A stretch of DNA of 50,468 nucleotides from Opitutia bacterium (GTDB lineage: Bacteria > Verrucomicrobiota > Verrucomicrobiia > Opitutales > T3Sed10-336), in the NCBI GenBank assembly GCA_050506795.1, contig JBJHCF010000016.1, positions 26,736 through 77,203 of the forward strand. Direction: 5' to 3'. Position numbers and translations under genes: made by a program. This document shows positions 18,874-28,538 of the stretch, one piece after another (the first letter of the stretch is position 1; the number at the start of each line of letters is the position of its first letter). The notes below the pieces were generated by a model. The model ran no database searches. It was not told the DNA's origin and saw nothing but the letters and a program-made list of their open reading frames with translations.

Positions 18874-20937
18874 TCACTCCGGCAATAGATGCGATCCCGG
18901 CTCCGGCGGCTTCCGCGTCACCAGGGGATCGCCGATGGCCATAAAGCGCCCGGTGTTTCGACTGACCCAGGCGCATTCGGCGAAGGTGAATCCGTCTTGC
19001 CACATGGCGAGATAACTCCAGTCGTTGACTCCTCCTGTGGTGGGTTCCTCCACATGGCAGACCGCACCCACCGGGGTGCGGGAGTAATTCGATCCGCCGA
19101 AGGCATCGGCGTGGAACCAGTCGATAAAGTTCCCCTGATCCATCGGCCCGTAGAACGCGTGCGCCTCGCCGCCCTGACGCCGCGCCGGGTCCCGCTGCCC
19201 GTTAAAACTCTCCACCGACAGCATCAGCCACCAGTCCGAATTCTCCCCCCATTGTATGCGCCCGTCGACGGCGTAATTCGCCCCCCGGTTGCCCCAGCGA
19301 CCCATGGTTCCGAAAAACGCCACATTCTCTCCTGCTTCGATATAAGCCGATCCCTTGGGACGGTACTCAATGTCCATTTCTTCCAGCCTCAGGAAACCCG
19401 TGCTCATTCGCTCCAGATAACGGTGCCCGAAGAAATTGGACGGAAGCCGGCTGTGCGCGTCGTGGTCCTCCATATAAAAGGTACGCGCATAAGTGTCGTC
19501 GGCCGGATGGAGGACCGCGCCGGTTCGGTCAAAGGATTTAAGTTTGTCCACATAGGCAATCGACGCCTCCAGACTGCCCATGTTCAGGTGGGTGACAAGC
19601 GCGGTCATGCCCTCGAACTGCGCCACGGAGAAAGGCGTGCCCAACCAGGTGGTCGGGGACCCCTGGTGCGAAGCGTCGAAATACGTATCGCCGTCTCGGA
19701 TTCCTTCATCGCGCAGCGCGAAAGCCAACCGGTGGGATAGGGAGTCGCCGATCTGCAACCGGTAAGACCCCTCGTGGGGTACCCTGGCGTGCACGCGGGT
19801 GGGAATGTCCAGCATCAATACGATGTAACGAATGGGTTTGCCGGCCTCCAAAAGCCACTCCACCACCGGATCCCGTACCTCGTTCCGGTACTCCGCCTCG
19901 GTGATCAGTTCTTCTGAACTGGTCCTGACCCCCAACACGTTGACCTCCTCGAAACCGGGACGCTCCCGTACGTAATAATCCTTCAGCGCCTCACTGTCCG
20001 CCGAGCTTTGATTGTAAATCACCAGCACATGTTCGGAGACCGCCATCGGCTTAGGCTCGTGCCTGACCCGCGACACCCACCTGATGCCATCGGTAACGTT
20101 GGTGATATCGACGGCAACCGTATCAAATAGCGTGCCTCCGGGTTTTCGAAAGGTTAGCCGCACATCGCCATCCTGTCGGTAACGAAGGGTGCCTTCTCGG
20201 TCGACTTCCCCATGACGGGAGTCCAGCGAGCGCATGTTTAACAAGCCAAAATCCTCCGCGCGCAACCAGTCTCGCTCTCCCTCTGAATCTAAGCGATCGG
20301 GATCGAACCAGGCCGCGCGGGGAATCGTCGCAGAACCTACCGTCCCTTCGTAGGGGACGGTGAACTGAGCCACCTCCTCCCAGCCCCCGTCGCGCGGAAC
20401 GCGGTAGGTGACTCGCGCCTGCCGGACCCCGTCGAAGTGATTGCGAAACCCGGTCATTACCTGCCGAAATTTTTCGGATTCGTCGGGACCTCGAACAATG
20501 ATCTCAACGTTAAACCTTCCCTCCTCCCGGAAGACCAGATTGCCCTCCGGATCCGCCGAAGCCGCCCGACCCCGCACCCGAAACTCCAGGGTGTCCGCAC
20601 CCGCTTCATACCGTGAGATTTCCCCGGGAGTCAGCCAGGCGGAAACCGGCACGATCTCCCGCCCTCGATCTTCGACGAGATCGAACGTCCGTGTAACGCG
20701 TAAGGCGTCCAAAACCTCCTCCCGGCGTTCGCCGGGTTCCTCCCTTGCCAATGGTACCAGCGGGGCCGAATCGGATTCGAAATCCGCGGCCGCCGGCGCT
20801 CGCGGTTCGCTATGCGTCCCCTCGTCAACCGACTGGTCCGATTCCGGATCCGCCGGGGGTGAAGAGCAGGCGAATCCCGCGAACAGCATCAACACAATCG
20901 GAACCCAGTTCCGACCCTTTCCCCATATATCAGTCAT
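18874..20937 (-). CDS. TIGR03790-like protein, probable lipoprotein
   Basis: ATG 20937 gives lipobox FAGFAC; VLVIYN..S.DS....DYY, IRYIVL..DIP, GAVCHVEEP, GFTFAECAW...IGDPL. Confidence 0.75.
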   Translation of the reverse strand: MTDIWGKGRNWVPIVLMLFAGFACSSPPADPESDQSVDEGTHSEPRAPAAADFESDSAPLVPLAREEPGERREEVLDALRVTRTFDLVEDRGREIVPVSAWLTPGEISRYEAGADTLEFRVRGRAASADPEGNLVFREEGRFNVEIIVRGPDESEKFRQVMTGFRNHFDGVRQARVTYRVPRDGGWEEVAQFTVPYEGTVGSATIPRAAWFDPDRLDSEGERDWLRAEDFGLLNMRSLDSRHGEVDREGTLRYRQDGDVRLTFRKPGGTLFDTVAVDITNVTDGIRWVSRVRHEPKPMAVSEHVLVIYNQSSADSEALKDYYVRERPGFEEVNVLGVRTSSEELITEAEYRNEVRDPVVEWLLEAGKPIRYIVLMLDIPTRVHARVPHEGSYRLQIGDSLSHRLAFALRDEGIRDGDTYFDASHQGSPTTWLGTPFSVAQFEGMTALVTHLNMGSLEASIAYVDKLKSFDRTGAVLHPADDTYARTFYMEDHDAHSRLPSNFFGHRYLERMSTGFLRLEEMDIEYRPKGSAYIEAGENVAFFGTMGRWGNRGANYAVDGRIQWGENSDWWLMLSVESFNGQRDPARRQGGEAHAFYGPMDQGNFIDWFHADAFGGSNYSRTPVGAVCHVEEPTTGGVNDWSYLAMWQDGFTFAECAWVSRNTGRFMAIGDPLVTRKPPEPGSHLLPE

Positions 20938-21071
20938 GGTCTTCACCGCCCCAAGATAACGCAGCCCTCCTAAGAGACAAGCCTGACCGGCGAACGGCAC
21001 ACCACCCTGTCCGAACACGAGGACACAGGCACTCTTGCCCGCCCATACGCCGCCGATCGCTTAACTCTCGG

Positions 21072-21527
21072 CTACCGTTCCGGCACCGATTCCGGCTTCG
21101 CCAGAATCATTCCATACGAGGCGCATTCCGATACGACCCGTCCGATCAGGTCCGGCGCCAGCGATGCCTCCTGCGCCCCGTCCCGATCAACAGGAACCCC
21201 GAAATCCTCGAAGAAACGCTCAAACCCGCGCGGAGCGAATGTCGTGATCCATTTCACTTCGATCTCCGCGGGATTGCGAAACGTGTGCACGGAACGTCTG
21301 GGAACGACAAAACTCTCGCCAGCCGTCAAGGTATGCCACCGTCCGTCGCACATCACGTTCATCGTCCCCTCAAGAATCAGAAATAATTCCACCGCGTCTT
21401 CATGAAAATGGGGAGGCGGACCCTCGGCCCGGGCCGGGCTGACGATCGACAGCAGACCGAAATCCGAGCCCGTTTCCACCGGGGTCACCCGATGCCCCAA
21501 CACCCACCGAGATTTTTGATTGCTCAT
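21072..21527 (-). CDS. Cupin-domain protein (quercetin dioxygenase-like)
   Basis: GPPPHFH...ELF.ILEG, VPRRSVHTFRN, GFERFF. Confidence 0.88.
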   Translation of the reverse strand: MSNQKSRWVLGHRVTPVETGSDFGLLSIVSPARAEGPPPHFHEDAVELFLILEGTMNVMCDGRWHTLTAGESFVVPRRSVHTFRNPAEIEVKWITTFAPRGFERFFEDFGVPVDRDGAQEASLAPDLIGRVVSECASYGMILAKPESVPER

Positions 21528-21571
21528 AGCCAAGATAGATTTATCGTTACGAGACAATATTCTCATAAAAT

Positions 21572-22246
21572 ATGCCTGAGGCAAGAAAAAAGATCAACGG
21601 GGGACGGGTAAACCAGAAACAGCGAACGCGCCGGGAGATCCTGCGCGCAGCCGAATCATTGCTCTCGCGCGGCGAGCAACCGAGCCTGGAAGCGGTGGCG
21701 GAGGAAGCCATGGTTTCACGGGCGACCATCTACCGTTATTTCTCGAACCGGGACATGCTCCTTGCGGAGGCCCCGCTGGATGTGCAAACCTTGGACGCGG
21801 ATGCCATATTCGATTCACTGCCCGCCGAATGCATGAACGATCCGGCCGAACGGGCCGTCCGCGTGCAGGAACACCTGCACGACCTGGTGGCTCAAAACGA
21901 AGCCCGTTTCCGCATGTTCTTGAAAGCCACCATGGAGCAATGGATCGCAGAGGGAGGAAAACCCAAAGAGCCGCTGCGCGGCGCACGGCGTATCACCCTT
22001 CTGGATGCGGCTCTCGAACCGATGCGGGACAGAATTGACGACAGGACCTACACAAAACTGCGCTCAGCCCTCTCCATGCTGGTTTCAATTGAACCGTTCA
22101 TTGCCCAAACCGACGTCTGCGGTCTCGGACAGAAAGAGGGCAAAAAGCTTTCCTCCTGGGCAATACGCACACTCGTCAAGGCGGTTGCCCCCCCTCAAGC
22201 CAAAGCTTCCGGCACCTCCCCCCGCGACAAAAAAACCACCGGCTGA
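21572..22246 (+). CDS. TetR/AcrR family transcriptional regulator
   Basis: HTH SLEAVAEEAMVSRATIYRYF. Divergent from the cupin gene. Confidence 0.92.
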   Translation: MPEARKKINGGRVNQKQRTRREILRAAESLLSRGEQPSLEAVAEEAMVSRATIYRYFSNRDMLLAEAPLDVQTLDADAIFDSLPAECMNDPAERAVRVQEHLHDLVAQNEARFRMFLKATMEQWIAEGGKPKEPLRGARRITLLDAALEPMRDRIDDRTYTKLRSALSMLVSIEPFIAQTDVCGLGQKEGKKLSSWAIRTLVKAVAPPQAKASGTSPRDKKTTG

Positions 22247-22284
22247 TCGTTCAATTGTCGCGCGACAACGAACGCGAGGAGGGT

Positions 22285-22749
22285 TCATTCGGTCACGAAA
22301 TGAATGCCGTGTTCGGCCGCGATCTGCATGATTCGCTCCATATCGGGACCTTCGGGACTCTGAAAGACTTCGGCGCAGCGGGAAAAAAAGGTCTCAAATC
22401 CGGCCGGGGAGGTACTGACCTGCAGCAAGCCGGGTCCGTCGCCACTGTTCCGAAAGGTATGCACCGCCTTGCGAGGCACATAAACCGCTCCTCCCGGAGT
22501 GACCTCACGCCACTCGCCCTCCACCAGGAACTCGAACGTCCCCTCCCGCACCACGAACCACTCATCCTCGTTCAAATGCAGGTGCGGCGGCGGGCCGCCG
22601 CCGGGCGGAACCTTCTCGCTCCAGACACAGAGTTGGCCGCCGGTTTGTTCACCGGTCAGGTGAAACGTGACCTCTTCGCCAAAGGCATGGTGGACAGCGC
22701 CGGAACCGGCAGGGACTATGGAAGGAGGGAAAGCAGGTGTGTCAGACAT
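22285..22749 (-). CDS. Cupin-domain protein (paralog of 21072-21527)
   Basis: GPPPHLH.NEDEWF.VREG, VPRKAVHTFRN, GFETFF. Confidence 0.88.
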   Translation of the reverse strand: MSDTPAFPPSIVPAGSGAVHHAFGEEVTFHLTGEQTGGQLCVWSEKVPPGGGPPPHLHLNEDEWFVVREGTFEFLVEGEWREVTPGGAVYVPRKAVHTFRNSGDGPGLLQVSTSPAGFETFFSRCAEVFQSPEGPDMERIMQIAAEHGIHFVTE

Positions 22750-22857
22750 AGTGGTACAATAAAAATGAATTGTCCCACCGAACGCAAGACTCAGATGTAT
22801 CCGATGTTCCACAGGACAACGAATCAACCGTTCCCTGCTATCGTTGTAATAAAATCG

Positions 22858-24441
22858 TTACCGCCTCAGTCGCGGATCCGAGAGGTCCAGCCTATACATG
22901 ATCTGATTGTACTCGTACCGAGGGGTGGCCTTGTCATGACCGGCAAAATCCCTGGTATACGTTCCCTCAAAGTAAATCACCCGGCCGCCATCCCGATCGA
23001 AAAACGGGTGGTGTTTGGGATTGTAAAAGGTCATTTGCTCATGCGTGAGAATCTTCCGGGCGTCGCTCCAGGGACCTGTGAAATGCTCGGCTTCGGCATA
23101 CCAGACTTCTCCCAGGTGAGAGGAATCTCCCCCGATCTGGACAAAAATCATAATCCACCGATCACGGTAGTCATTCCAATAAACCGAACCGGTGTGGGCA
23201 TGGATTCTTCGATCGGTTTCCAAATCGCGCAGCGCCAACCGCGCTTCGTCCTCTCGCATCAAACCGGATTCGATCAGGCTCCGCTCGTCGCTCTGGCGCA
23301 GCCAGGGTGTGTTTCGCTTCCAGGAGAATCGGAGGCTGCCGTCGTCGTCGCGCTCCAGCCGCTGATCCCGCAACCTCGTCCCTTCCGCCAACGGCGTAAA
23401 ACTTTCATAGCGACTCCGATCGGCAAAAGCCTCCGGGATCGCTTCCACCCGCACCATGGGAAAGGGATTCCCGAAGTACACATACTCGGTGGCGTCGTCG
23501 CCGGTGTGAAAAAAAGTGTGCTCCTGTGAGTGCGCCGCCGTCGGTCCACGACCGAAAACACTGAATTGCTCGAAGACCTCGGTTTCGTCATTCCACACCG
23601 CCGTGCCCCACTCGTACGCTTCCAGGCTCCCACTCCGGATCTTGGTGTAAATGGCATACAACCTTTCGTTGCCATCGTCGTCTCCCAGAACGCTGAGTCC
23701 TCCCAGCCAGGTCGGGCCGTCGCCCGGCATCGCGGCCACCGAACGTGCGAATCCATCCTCCCGGGTCACGTATTCAATATTCACTCCGTCATCCGGGGAA
23801 AGCCCTCCGTCTATGGGCAGGAGCGAGGTTCCCGCGGTCGTCTGGAAATTGCCAAGCGGGTAGGAGACCCGATCGGTGTCTCCCCAGAACCAGTGAACTC
23901 TGCCCTGATAAACGGCGGCCAAAACGCTGTCGGATCCGGTTACCTGAGCGTTCAGCAGGGGCCTGTCGATCGGAGGCGTTTCCCCCAGGCGTACCGCGTG
24001 TTCGTAGATCCCGGCTCCGGTTGTGCGGTAAAGACGTTCCGCGATGTTGACCCGCTCGAGTTCGATTACTCCTCGCTCTCCCGGTTCCACGGTGAACGCG
24101 CGTCCCCGGTAGCCAAAGCCGTCGGCGGGGTGTTGATACCCGTGAGTGGCCATCACCTGAAAATAGACGGTTTCACCGAAAAAGCCCGGATCGTCAATCG
24201 CCACCAGACCCGCGCTATCGGAGACAAACTGCTTTCGATCGGTCGTTTCCAGCGTGATGAGAGGCACTCCGCGCCCGGTATCTGCATCCACAATCTGGAT
24301 ACCGAATGCTTCCGCATCACCCGCCACGGCAATCGCGGGACCGGCCCCGATCCCAACTGCCGCGGCCCAGACCAACACCCGGAAAACCGGGTTGATTAAA
24401 AAGTTCTTCCCGCGGCTCACCATGGTTCCCTTCGGCTTCAT
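22858..24441 (-). CDS. Secreted hypothetical protein (carboxypeptidase-regulatory-like N-domain plus probable beta-propeller)
   Basis: Signal peptide, IVDADTGRGVPL, WFWGDT, GPWS...FYNPKHHP...IYFEGTY. Confidence 0.75.
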   Translation of the reverse strand: MKPKGTMVSRGKNFLINPVFRVLVWAAAVGIGAGPAIAVAGDAEAFGIQIVDADTGRGVPLITLETTDRKQFVSDSAGLVAIDDPGFFGETVYFQVMATHGYQHPADGFGYRGRAFTVEPGERGVIELERVNIAERLYRTTGAGIYEHAVRLGETPPIDRPLLNAQVTGSDSVLAAVYQGRVHWFWGDTDRVSYPLGNFQTTAGTSLLPIDGGLSPDDGVNIEYVTREDGFARSVAAMPGDGPTWLGGLSVLGDDDGNERLYAIYTKIRSGSLEAYEWGTAVWNDETEVFEQFSVFGRGPTAAHSQEHTFFHTGDDATEYVYFGNPFPMVRVEAIPEAFADRSRYESFTPLAEGTRLRDQRLERDDDGSLRFSWKRNTPWLRQSDERSLIESGLMREDEARLALRDLETDRRIHAHTGSVYWNDYRDRWIMIFVQIGGDSSHLGEVWYAEAEHFTGPWSDARKILTHEQMTFYNPKHHPFFDRDGGRVIYFEGTYTRDFAGHDKATPRYEYNQIMYRLDLSDPRLRR

Positions 24442-24566
24442 TGGACACAGATGTGTACCCTAAGGGAACATCAGGGGCAATTCATTTCCCGCAATCTCCG
24501 TACGCCAGTGCCGAATACCGGAAAAGCTGTTCTCGTTGAGTCAGGTTAACCATTATTGATTGAAAA

Positions 24567-24655
24567 GTAGCGCCGCCCTTTAGTCGGCGCTGAACCGGTC
24601 AGCAAAGCGAACGCACTTCCCGGGCTCCGAAACTCCGCCTGAAGGACGGAGCTAC
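24567..24655. repeat. GTAG-family REP inverted doublet
   Basis: GTAGCGCCGCCCTTTAGTCGGCG (+, from 24567) and GTAGCTCCGTCCTTCAGGCGGAG (-, 24633-24655). Confidence 0.7.
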
Positions 24656-24863
24656 GCTTTGGCACCGCGATGGTGCGGTCACCATGCCAAATCGAATTCC
24701 CTTTCCGAACCGGAGGGAACATTTGACGGGAGGTCCACAATCGTGTAATCCATCCAAACACGTCTACGCTGCTTCTTTTAGGCCCATGTCGGCCTCCCAC
24801 GCGAAGGGACTACCTGGCTTGGCCATGAATCCCTCCATTCGACCACCGCAAATCAATCGAACC

Positions 24864-25664
24864 ATGAACCGAACAAACCCAATTGTTTACCTTATCGCGC
24901 TCCTGGCCTCATCGGCGCTGCTCGCTTCCGACCACCTGGTCAAGGATCTCTCCTGGGAAATCGAAGGCACCACCTTCACCGGCCAACTGATCGTTCCGGA
25001 GGGCGCATCCGGTCCCCTGCCCGGCCTGCTCATGATTCCGAGCTGGATGGGACCGACGGAACGCTCGGCGGAAAAAGCCCGCTGGGCCGCCGGAGACCGT
25101 TATGTGGTCCTGATGGCTGACGTGTACGGCACGGACGTCCGCCCCCAGAATTCCGGCGAAGCCAGCCAGGCGGCGGGTGCGCTTCGTTCCGACCGGGCAC
25201 TGCTGCGTCAACGCGGGCAGGCCGCGCTCGAGGCTTTCCGCGGAGCCGCGGGTGACGTGCCCCTTGATCCCGACCGGATCGCGGCCATCGGCTTCTGCTT
25301 CGGCGGAGGCGCGGTGCTGGAACTCGCGCGGTCCGGAGCCGCGCTCGACGCGGTGATTTCCTTTCATGGCGACCTGCAATCCCCAACCCTGCCATCCGAT
25401 TCCGGACGGATCCAGGGCAAGGTCCTCGTCCTTCACGGCGCGGCGGATCCGCTGGTGCCGCACGAGGATGTGATCGCATTTGCCGACGCCATGAACGCGA
25501 CTGACGTCGACTGGACCCTAATCGCCTACGGCGGCGCGGTGCATTCCTTCACCAACCCGTACGCGAATTCTCCCGGAACCTCCCAGTACGACGCCGCCAC
25601 CGCCCGCCGCTCCCTCGCAGCCATGCGCGCGCTGCTGGACGAAACCTGGGCTGAAGGAGATTAG
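24864..25664 (+). CDS. Dienelactone hydrolase family protein, exported
   Basis: Nucleophile elbow GFCFGG, LHGAADP, HSFT, N-terminal signal. Confidence 0.9.
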   Translation: MNRTNPIVYLIALLASSALLASDHLVKDLSWEIEGTTFTGQLIVPEGASGPLPGLLMIPSWMGPTERSAEKARWAAGDRYVVLMADVYGTDVRPQNSGEASQAAGALRSDRALLRQRGQAALEAFRGAAGDVPLDPDRIAAIGFCFGGGAVLELARSGAALDAVISFHGDLQSPTLPSDSGRIQGKVLVLHGAADPLVPHEDVIAFADAMNATDVDWTLIAYGGAVHSFTNPYANSPGTSQYDAATARRSLAAMRALLDETWAEGD

Positions 25665-25671
25665 TCGACGC

Positions 25672-26667
25672 TCAATCCGCCCGCAACGGCCGGGCGGGAA
25701 CCCCTTCGAAACTGATTTTGACCGGTTTAATCCGGTCGTTTTCGTCGAACTCAAGCTTCTCAATGCACACCACCCGGTGGTTGTGATGGGTCTCCTCCAA
25801 GGGCCTGCGGTGGTAGACGATGTAATACTCGTCCTCACCGGGGACGTGGAGCACGGAATGGTGTCCGGCCCCGGTGGCCACATCGGGATCCTGCTGCAAA
25901 ATGGTTTCCTCCCGCTCGAACGGGCCGAAGGGGCTGTCGGATATGGCATAAGCCACCCGGTAGTGCGGGCCGCCCCACCCGCCTTCCGACCACATGAAGT
26001 AATACTTTCCGTTCCTCTTAAAAATTAACGGCCCCTCCACATAATCCCGCGGGGTGATTTCTTTGTAAACGGTTCCGTCGTCGAACGGAACGAGGCCGGT
26101 AAAATCGTCCTTCAACTTCACCACGTTGCAACGCCCCCACCCTCCGTAGTACATGTAATAAGTCCCCTCGGTATCCTGATAAACATATTGATCGATGGGC
26201 TGCGCGCCGTTGACGATTTCATTGATCAACGGTTCGCCCAACAGGTCTTTATAGGGTCCTTCCGGCCGGTCGGCAACGGCAACCCCGATTCCACCCACCT
26301 CGCCCGGACGGACGTCGTTGGCCGCGAAGAAGAAATAGTACTTGCCGTCCTTTTCGATCGAGGCCGGCGCCCACATGGCACGCTCGGCCCACACCACCTC
26401 CTCGCTGTCGATGATCCGTTCATGCTTGGTCCAGTTCACCAGGTCCGGTGACGAAAAGGCGTCGAAAAACAGCTGATTCTCGTAGTAGTCCGAGTAGGTC
26501 GGAAAGATCCAGTAGGTATCCCCGTAAACCCGGGAAGCCGGGTCGGCATACCACCCATCGATGATCGGGTTTCCGGAATACGCCGCCTCATCTTCATCGC
26601 TTGAGGCCACCCCAATCAAGGGTGTCGCCAGGAGAATTGCCCCAAACAGAGCGTACGATTTTTTCAT
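25672..26667 (-). CDS. Glycoside hydrolase family 43, secreted
   Basis: YADP, WAP, QPIDQ, YVEGP, GHHSV; signal peptide MKKSYALFG. Confidence 0.92.
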   Translation of the reverse strand: MKKSYALFGAILLATPLIGVASSDEDEAAYSGNPIIDGWYADPASRVYGDTYWIFPTYSDYYENQLFFDAFSSPDLVNWTKHERIIDSEEVVWAERAMWAPASIEKDGKYYFFFAANDVRPGEVGGIGVAVADRPEGPYKDLLGEPLINEIVNGAQPIDQYVYQDTEGTYYMYYGGWGRCNVVKLKDDFTGLVPFDDGTVYKEITPRDYVEGPLIFKRNGKYYFMWSEGGWGGPHYRVAYAISDSPFGPFEREETILQQDPDVATGAGHHSVLHVPGEDEYYIVYHRRPLEETHHNHRVVCIEKLEFDENDRIKPVKISFEGVPARPLRAD

Positions 26668-26917
26668 GGTCAATAGGATCGTCGGTGTTCTTCTTTTCCG
26701 CCGGCGCGCGACGGATGCCCACCGGATTTCGTTAAGAATCTCTTTTTCAACAAGCACTGTCTCATCAGTTCTCCTGATGTGTCAAGTGGGATGACTCCCT
26801 CCGGAAACAAGAAACCGATCATCCCATTTTCTCCCGTTAACGGGCAGGTCTCCGGATTCCTTGCCGCGGGGAGCGGGCCTCGAAGCGGACCCCCTGCGCG
26901 AACTCGCAGGCGCTGCC

Positions 26918-26940
26918 GTCCGGCTGAAGCACGGACCTAC
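26918..26940 (-). repeat. GTAG-family REP within a structured intergenic segment
   Basis: GTAG-GTCCG-T-GC-TTCA-GC-CGGAC, same architecture as the 24633-24655 copy. Confidence 0.65.
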
Positions 26941-27078
26941 GGGAGAAGGAGCAACGCCGCCTTCGCCCGGCTCGATCCCGCCGTCGCCCCGAAGCACCAC
27001 TCACGCATGCCGATCAAAACGGCAGACCAACAAGGATAATCAATCCGATCGAAGTGGAGGTTTTGTGCATAACGCGGA

Positions 27079-27114
27079 CGACAATAAAATTATCAGCTGA
27101 TAGTTGTATTGTCG
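27079..27114. repeat. AT-rich 36-bp palindrome, copy 1
   Basis: CGACAATAAAATTATCAGCTGATAGTTGTATTGTCG, 16/18 Watson-Crick pairs. Confidence 0.85.
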
Positions 27115-27120
27115 CGGGCC

Positions 27121-28044
27121 TTATTGCCGTCTGGCAAGATCTTCAAGGGCGGCGGGAGCGGTGGAGAATCGCCAGGTGAAGCCGGCGTTCTGGAGGCGAC
27201 GGGGCACAATCCGACGGCTTTTCAAGACAAGTTCGGTTTCGGTGCGAAGGAAAACCGCGCCGCACTCGAGCATCCAGCTTGTGGCGGGTAGGCCGAAGGG
27301 GCACCCGAGGCTTTTCCGGAGGGCTTTCATGAAAAACCGGTTGGTGACGGGTTCCGGGGCGGTAACGTTAACCGGACCTTCGAGGTCACCGGCAACGAGA
27401 AATGCCAGCGCCCGGCAAAAGTCCTCCACGTGTATCCAGGAAATGAATTGGGACCCCTGGCCCATCTTTCCCGCCAGCCCAAGCCGAGCCAGCCGGGCCA
27501 GCACCGGGTAAACACTGTTGGTGCCATGCCCCAGAACCATGCTTGTGCGCAGCAGCACTTGCCGTATCTCTGGCCGCCGCCAGCGACGGGCTTCCTCCTC
27601 CCAGGCCCGGCAGACGTCGACCGAGAATCCGGTTCCGAATTCCCCTTCGGCCTCGCTCATCCCCCGGTCTTCGGCATGCCGGTAGAGGGTCGCACTGGCG
27701 GCGTTCAACCAAACCCGTGGCGGCGCCGGACAGGCGGCGAGGGCCTCTCCCAGCAGGCGCGTCGGATGCACCCGGCTCTCGAGAATGGCGCGACGATTGG
27801 CCGCATGGTAACGGCAGTTGACCGATTGACCGCAGAAATTGATCAGCACATCGGCCTCGCGCAGCGCTTCTTCCCAATCTCCCCGGGACCGGCCGTCCCA
27901 GGAAACCGGAACCGCCGGGCTTTCGACCGCGGCCGGACGCCGGGTGAGCACTCGCACCTGCCAGCCCTCCCGGTGAAACCACCGGGCGACCGCGGCGCTG
28001 AGAAAACCGCTTCCGGCAATGAGAAGGGATTGTTGACGCTTCAT
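27121..28044 (-). CDS. TIGR01777 family NAD-dependent epimerase/oxidoreductase
   Basis: IAGSGFLS, INFCGQSV, GFSVDVC.AWE, GSQFISWIH.ED, ELVLKSRR.VP. Confidence 0.92.
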   Translation of the reverse strand: MKRQQSLLIAGSGFLSAAVARWFHREGWQVRVLTRRPAAVESPAVPVSWDGRSRGDWEEALREADVLINFCGQSVNCRYHAANRRAILESRVHPTRLLGEALAACPAPPRVWLNAASATLYRHAEDRGMSEAEGEFGTGFSVDVCRAWEEEARRWRRPEIRQVLLRTSMVLGHGTNSVYPVLARLARLGLAGKMGQGSQFISWIHVEDFCRALAFLVAGDLEGPVNVTAPEPVTNRFFMKALRKSLGCPFGLPATSWMLECGAVFLRTETELVLKSRRIVPRRLQNAGFTWRFSTAPAALEDLARRQ

Positions 28045-28538
28045 GGGTTCGCCTTTCCGGGTGGCTCAGGATTTGCGCCCAGGGCCCGAGCCTTTGCCCG
28101 CTGAAAAGCAACCCGGCCGGCGGGTTCTCCGGGGTGACACCCCGTCGCCTCGTCGTTGAGGACTCGGATTAGGTCCTCGTCGTCCATGACTCCCGGCAAA
28201 CGCCGGATGCGGTGGGTGCTGATCCAGTTCCAAAAGCGTCGCGCCAGCGGGCGCCAGCCGGGACGGCTGAGACGGAAACTCCACTCGCGCCAGTCCTTAA
28301 GCGCCCAAAGCACCATGATCCAGGCGTTGGCCCCCTGGTAAACGGCTCCTTCGTCAGTGTAAACCACCAGATCCTTTTCCGGCCCAAACCCTTCGAGATC
28401 CGGGAATGCCTGCCTGGTTTTCGCACTGTACACCGGCTGAAATTCAACCGGCAGATATGCCGGCTGCGTTTCGACCCAGCGCCGGCTCCGCCGGCACAGG
28501 TCGCAGTGGTTGTCGTAAAACACGATCAGCTTTTTCAT
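28041..28538 (-). CDS. DCC1-like (DUF393) thiol-disulfide oxidoreductase
   Basis: N-terminal FYDNHCDLC (DxxCxxC). Confidence 0.88.
   Translation of the reverse strand: MKKLIVFYDNHCDLCRRSRRWVETQPAYLPVEFQPVYSAKTRQAFPDLEGFGPEKDLVVYTDEGAVYQGANAWIMVLWALKDWREWSFRLSRPGWRPLARRFWNWISTHRIRRLPGVMDDEDLIRVLNDEATGCHPGEPAGRVAFQRAKARALGANPEPPGKANP

Noticed and set aside
22248..22274. TTGTCGCGCGACAA as a third copy of the 36-bp palindrome
   Set aside because: Shares only a hexamer in the opposite arrangement. More likely a terminator-like hairpin between convergent genes.
26829..26947. Possible cobalamin riboswitch (minus-strand CCGGAGACCTGCC) or SRP RNA
   Set aside because: Lacks the GGGAA..GGTG.AA.TCC, GCAACTGT and GCCACTG cores and the SRP GNRA/AGCAG motif. 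The downstream gene is a GH43. Better explained by a GTAG REP. Rfam scan not run.
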